From positions 1 through 12,066 of the forward strand of contig NZ_JBHSTI010000012.1 in NCBI RefSeq assembly GCF_042660085.1: a DNA stretch of 12,066 nt, written 5' to 3'. Every line of letters begins with the position of its first letter. Within the stretch, counting starts at the first letter, position 1. Shown here one piece after another: positions 8,596-12,066 of the stretch. This DNA is from Longivirga aurantiaca (GTDB lineage Bacteria > Actinomycetota > Actinomycetes > S36-B12 > CAIYMF01). The notes beneath the pieces are model-generated. The model did not search any database, was not told the origin of the DNA, and saw only the letters and a program-made list of their open reading frames with translations. Made by a program: the position numbers and the translations under genes.

Positions 8596-8618
8596 TCCGC
8601 GCCGGGGGTCGGCCGCTG

Positions 8619-11600
8619 TCAGGCGAGCAGGTCGCCGGCCTCGTCGAGGAGGGCCCGGCCCGCCTGGCGGCCGGACTCCACCATCCGGTCGAGCTGGTGG
8701 AACTCGAGCAGGCCGACGCCCATCGACGACGGCGTCACCACGATCGCACCGGCCGCCCGGGCGTGCGCGACGGCGCCGCCGCTGCCGATGAACAGCGAGC
8801 GCATGAGCGTCTCGCCGATCGCCGGCACGCGGATGCGCTTGGGTTCCGCCGGCACCGTGCCCGCCACGTGCGGCCGCGCGTCGCCGCCCATGCCGATGTT
8901 GACTGCGATGATCGGGCCCTCGTCGCGCTCGGTCAGGACGTGCACGGGCAGGTTGTCGAGCACACCGCCGTCGGCGAGCAGGCGCTGTCCGTCCGGCCGG
9001 GGCGGGAACATGCCCGGGATGCTGAGCGACGCCATCACCGCTGAGGTGAGGTCTCCCGTGCGGTGCACGTACGGCGTGCGCGATTGCAGGTCGGTGCTCA
9101 CGCAGCGGAACAGGATCGGCAGCTCCTCGATGCCGATGCCCGTGAGACGGCGGCGCAGCGCCTTCTCGGTCTTGCGGCCCTTCACGAGCGCCGCGGTGGG
9201 GAGCGTGTAGTCGTCGAACGGGTTGTTGCGCACGAACTCCTCGTGGCACATCTCGATCGCCGTGCGGGCGTCGATGCCGCGCGCATGCACCGCGGCCATG
9301 ATCGACCCCTGGCTCGCGCCGACGACGCGGTCGACGTGGATGCCGGCGTCCTCGAGCTCGAGCAGGATGCCGAGGTGCGCGAACGCGCGTGCACCGCCGC
9401 CGGCCATGACGATGCCGACCGACCGTCCGGCGATGCGCCCGGCGAGCGCGCGCGTGCCCACCGAGAACGGCGCCTTGGTCTGCGTGATCCGGTACGGCGC
9501 AAGCACTTCCTGCCAGGCGCGGATTCGCTCGCCGGGCACAGGGGCACCGACGAGCACGAGGTCGACGTCGGTGCGTCCGAGCGGTGCCTCGACCGGCACG
9601 GGGGCGTCGTGCGCGGCCACGAGCACGAGCAGGTCGGCCTGGCGCACGGCCATCGCCCACCAGGCGGCGTCCGGGTCCTCCGCCACGATCAGGACACGGT
9701 CGTTCTCCCGCTCGGCCCGCTCGAGCGCGGCCGGCTCGACCTGGCCGGGCCGGGCGACGCGCAGCGACGTGGCCGACAGGTGGCCGTCGATCGCGTCCGC
9801 CACTGCGGAGGCCGGTGCGCCGCGGTGCAGCGCCGCGACGGCGATGAGCCGCGGCTGGGGCGGCCGGCCGGCAGGTGCCGGGGCGGCGTCCTGAAGCTGC
9901 GAGGCGAGCACCCCGGTGAGGGCACGCAGCGCGCGCGGGTCGCTGCCGACGACCTCGTCGAAGGTCGACTGAGAGACGCGCAGCAGGTGGCTGTCGCGGC
10001 GCGCGCGGATGGACGCCGACCGCGTGCCGCCGGTCAGCAGCGCCAGCTCGCCGATGACAGCCCCGGCGCCGACCTGGCGGACGACGTTGCCGTCCTGCTC
10101 GACGTCGAGAAGGCCCGCGGTGACGACGTACACGTCGTCGGCGGGGTCTCCTGCGGTGAACAGCAGCGTGCCCGCGGCGAGGTCGAGCTTCTCGGCCCCG
10201 GCCTCGAGGCGGCCCCGGACGTCGTCGGGAAGCCGGGAGAGGAGCGGTGCGGCCGACAGCGCGCTCGCCGGGGCAGCCGAGGGTGCGGGGGGGTCGGGCA
10301 CCGAGATGGCGGGCGGACGCACGGAGTCGTCGTCGGCGTCGTCCTGGGTGTGAGGCGCGACCTTCCCGATGAAGAGCGCGATGAGGGCTGTGGCGACGAA
10401 GCAGATGGCGGAGAACACCCAGCCGTGGCGCAGGCTGTCGACAGTCGAGGTGGGCGACGGCGTTCCCACGATGACCACGAGGATCGCGATGCCGAGCACC
10501 GCCCCGATCTGGCGCGCGCTCGAGTTCACCGCGGACGCCGTTGCGAACCGACCGCCGGGAACCGCCGCGAGCGCTGCACTTCCGAGGACGGGCAGGGTGG
10601 CGCCGACGCCGATTCCCGAGAGGATCTGGCCCGGCAGCCACGCGCCCCAGAAGTCCGGTGTGACCTCCACCCGCGCGACGTACCAGACGTAGGCGAGCGC
10701 CCAGACGATCGCGCCGGGGATGATCACCAGCCGGTAGCCGCGGGTCTGCGCGATCGGCCCGAGTCGCGAGGCGAGGATCGCCGCGACGAGCGCACCGGGG
10801 ACGACGGCGAGGCCGGACACGACGATGCTGTAGCCCCAGACGTACTGCAGCCACAGGATGTTCGTGAGCAGGTAGGCGTAGAAGCCGACGCCCGCGACGA
10901 TCGTGGCGAGGTTGCCCACCACGAAGGGGCGGATGCGCAGCAGCGCCGGGTCGAGCAGGGGCGAGCGGTGCCGCTTCGAGCTCACGACGAAGGCCGCGCC
11001 GAGCAGGACCGAGCCGAGGAAGCAGCCGATCACCGCTGGGCTGGTCCACCCCCAGTCCTCGCCCTTGACGATGCCGAGGGTGAGGACGCCGAGCATGAGC
11101 GCCGAGATCGTGGCGCCCAGCAGGTCGGGGACGCGTCGGCGCCCCGGCGCCCGGCTCTCGACCAGGGCCCGCTTCGCAGCGATGACCGCCGCGATCCCGA
11201 ACGGCAGGTTGACGAGGAAGGCGAGGCGCCAGTTGCCGAGCTCGACGAGGGCACCGCCGATCGGCGGCCCGAGACCCGAGGCGAGGGCCGCGGACGCGCC
11301 CCAGAGGCCGATCGCGTGCGCCCGCTTCTCCGCGGGGAAGGCCTCGACCACGAGGGCCAGGGACGCAGGGACGAGCACCGCGGCGCCGAGGGCCTGCAGG
11401 ACGCGGAACGCGACGAGCACCTCGACGCTCGGTGCCACCGCGCACAGCACCGAGGCGAAGGTGAAGATCGTGACGCCGTTGATGAACGCGCGCTTGCGGC
11501 CGAGCAGGTCGGCCAGCCGACCCGACACGACGAGGAACGCCGCGAACACGATGCTGTAGGCGTTGAGGATCCACGACAGCGTCGAGATCGTGGAGTCGGG

Positions 11601-11762
11601 GAACGACTCCCGGATGTTGGGAAACGCGACGTTGACGATGGTCGCGTCGAGGAACGCGAGGAACGCCCCGAACGAGGCGACGAGCAGCACCGTGCGCGAG
11701 GAGACGCGTGGGCGCACCCTCGTCTCGGGCAGCGCAGCAGCGCCAGCAGCGGTCACGTGCAC
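8619..11762 (-). CDS. Tri-functional fusion protein (1047 aa): DHA2-family 14-TM MFS transporter + cyclic-nucleotide-binding domain + unassigned alpha/beta module + patatin-like phospholipase (NTE-family-like)
   Basis: GTG at 11762 is preceded by GGAGAGGG 8 nt upstream. One uninterrupted high-GC3 frame covers the whole gene. Motifs for each module are listed in the sub-features below. The gene ends 23 nt from the stop of the convergent MBL gene. Confidence 0.9.
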   Translation of the reverse strand: MHVTAAGAAALPETRVRPRVSSRTVLLVASFGAFLAFLDATIVNVAFPNIRESFPDSTISTLSWILNAYSIVFAAFLVVSGRLADLLGRKRAFINGVTIFTFASVLCAVAPSVEVLVAFRVLQALGAAVLVPASLALVVEAFPAEKRAHAIGLWGASAALASGLGPPIGGALVELGNWRLAFLVNLPFGIAAVIAAKRALVESRAPGRRRVPDLLGATISALMLGVLTLGIVKGEDWGWTSPAVIGCFLGSVLLGAAFVVSSKRHRSPLLDPALLRIRPFVVGNLATIVAGVGFYAYLLTNILWLQYVWGYSIVVSGLAVVPGALVAAILASRLGPIAQTRGYRLVIIPGAIVWALAYVWYVARVEVTPDFWGAWLPGQILSGIGVGATLPVLGSAALAAVPGGRFATASAVNSSARQIGAVLGIAILVVIVGTPSPTSTVDSLRHGWVFSAICFVATALIALFIGKVAPHTQDDADDDSVRPPAISVPDPPAPSAAPASALSAAPLLSRLPDDVRGRLEAGAEKLDLAAGTLLFTAGDPADDVYVVTAGLLDVEQDGNVVRQVGAGAVIGELALLTGGTRSASIRARRDSHLLRVSQSTFDEVVGSDPRALRALTGVLASQLQDAAPAPAGRPPQPRLIAVAALHRGAPASAVADAIDGHLSATSLRVARPGQVEPAALERAERENDRVLIVAEDPDAAWWAMAVRQADLLVLVAAHDAPVPVEAPLGRTDVDLVLVGAPVPGERIRAWQEVLAPYRITQTKAPFSVGTRALAGRIAGRSVGIVMAGGGARAFAHLGILLELEDAGIHVDRVVGASQGSIMAAVHARGIDARTAIEMCHEEFVRNNPFDDYTLPTAALVKGRKTEKALRRRLTGIGIEELPILFRCVSTDLQSRTPYVHRTGDLTSAVMASLSIPGMFPPRPDGQRLLADGGVLDNLPVHVLTERDEGPIIAVNIGMGGDARPHVAGTVPAEPKRIRVPAIGETLMRSLFIGSGGAVAHARAAGAIVVTPSSMGVGLLEFHQLDRMVESGRQAGRALLDEAGDLLA
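8673..9419 (-). other. Patatin-like phospholipase domain, about aa 782-1030
   Basis: The oxyanion-hole motif GGGAR is at 9387-9401 (VGIVMAGGGARAFAHLG). The nucleophile elbow is G-A-S817-Q-G (Ser codon 9312-9314). The catalytic Asp931 lies in LLADGGVLDNLP (8970-8972). All three are in canonical order and spacing. Confidence 0.85.
9897..10247 (-). other. Cyclic-nucleotide-binding (CAP effector-type) domain, about aa 506-622
   Basis: LLSRLPDDVRGRLEAGAEKLDLAAGTLLFTAGDPADDVYVVTAGLLDV follows the beta-roll pattern. The phosphate-binding cassette GELALLTGGTRSASIRA (10014-10052 covers G571-A583) retains Glu572 and the Arg581-Ser-Ala triad. Confidence 0.8.
10359..11702 (-). other. MFS transporter module, DHA2 (EmrB/QacA-like), about 14 TM segments (about aa 21-468)
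   Basis: LDATIVNVAFP in TM1 and motif A GRLADLLGRKR between TM2 and TM3. I count 14 hydrophobic segments by eye. With the usual N-in topology the C-terminal soluble half would be cytoplasmic. Confidence 0.8.
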
Positions 11763-11774
11763 GTGTATCGCCCT

Positions 11775-11797
11775 CTCCCCGGTTCCCCGGCGGGGAG
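11775..11797 (-). promoter_or_regulatory. Hairpin in the 5' leader of the fusion gene that can pair with part of its Shine-Dalgarno tract
   Basis: The minus-strand RNA reads CUCCCCG-CCGGGGAAC-CGGGGAG, then AGGGCGAUACAC-GUG. The 7-bp GC-rich stem has a 3' arm (GGGGAG) that forms the first half of the GGGGAGAGGG purine tract used as SD. Confidence 0.3.
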
Positions 11798-11922
11798 CAT
11801 GTCACCGTCACCCGTCCGCTACGCCGCGTTTCGGTGAATCGGGGTCTGTGTCGGGCCTCCGGTGACGGACGACGACGAAGTCGTCAGGTGCGGCGTCCGC
11901 GGCGTGTCGGCGTGCGGCGCAG

Positions 11923-12066
11923 TCATCGGTCGTACGGCGGCCTTCGGCCGCGGTCCCTGCGGTCGTACTCGGTCTCGGGGTGACAGGAGCCGTCCCGCGG
12001 GACCGCGGCGGGCGCCGGCGCCGCTGGGCAGCGGGCGCGGCCTTCGGCCGAGAGGGGCTGGCGCGG
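11923..12066 (-). CDS. Possible 3' end of a minus-strand CDS entering from the right edge (...CHPETEYDRRDRGRRPPYDR*); product unknown
   Basis: The minus frame is open from 12066 to TGA (complement of 11923-11925). 42 of 47 codons end in G/C, the best GC3 of the frames I checked here. The peptide is low-complexity and a plus-strand frame from GTG 11862 also shows elevated GC3 for about 30 codons, so the call is weak. Confidence 0.3.
   Translation of the reverse strand, partial: PRQPLSAEGRARCPAAPAPAAVPRDGSCHPETEYDRRDRGRRPPYDR

Noticed and set aside
8619-11762. Interpretation of the cNMP + TM + patatin protein as a Pycsar/CBASS-type antiphage effector
   Set aside because: The logic is superficially similar: a cyclic-nucleotide-activated membrane or phospholipase effector. 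However, no nucleotide cyclase is adjacent within the window. The TM part is a full 14-TM MFS with intact transporter motifs rather than a short pore-forming module. As I recall, the architecture is conserved in mycobacterial core genomes. This cannot be fully excluded because the upstream neighbour is truncated at the window edge.
7690-11837. Very long alternative ORFs across the fusion gene (1373 aa minus at 7690-11811; 924 aa plus at 9063-11837; several 100-220 aa ORFs)
   Set aside because: Their translations are extreme Arg/Pro/Gly/Asp low-complexity sequences. The 8619-11762 frame alone carries MFS, cNMP and patatin motifs. The 1373-aa ORF would also run through the MBL gene on the opposite strand.
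11708-11983. 91-aa plus-strand ORF overlapping the 5' end and leader of the fusion gene
   Set aside because: Arg-rich translation (RRRSRQVRRPRRVGVRRSHR) with mediocre third-position bias. It overlaps the real start of the minus-strand gene.

Overview
High-GC actinobacterial chromosomal segment (hand tallies give about 69-77% G+C; probably Micrococcales-like, taxon not provable from sequence alone). The left two thirds follow the conserved actinobacterial recR ... ask-asd neighbourhood. It contains the 3' end of an unidentified gene, recR, a DUF5063-type gene, aspartate kinase (with an apparent internal beta-subunit start) and aspartate-semialdehyde dehydrogenase. A two-gene cell-envelope module sits between the DUF5063 gene and ask. 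It comprises a secreted M15 (VanY/hedgehog-fold) peptidoglycan peptidase with two cadherin/Ig-like repeats and a lipoprotein gene overlapping its stop by 11 nt. Downstream of asd the content is accessory-looking: a single-pass membrane protein of unknown function (DUF4760-like pattern), a 2-TM protein with a PH-like C-terminal domain, and a divergent MBL-fold hydrolase. The most interesting feature is a 1047-aa single polypeptide fusing a 14-TM DHA2-type MFS transporter, a cyclic-nucleotide-binding domain, an unassigned alpha/beta module and a patatin-like phospholipase. As far as I recall, this fusion architecture is known from mycobacterial genomes but has no established function. I saw no tRNA, rRNA, CRISPR array, transposase or integrase. 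Most long ORFs in the six-frame track are antisense or off-frame artefacts typical of high-GC DNA. All family assignments come from motif recognition by eye and need HMM or BLAST confirmation.
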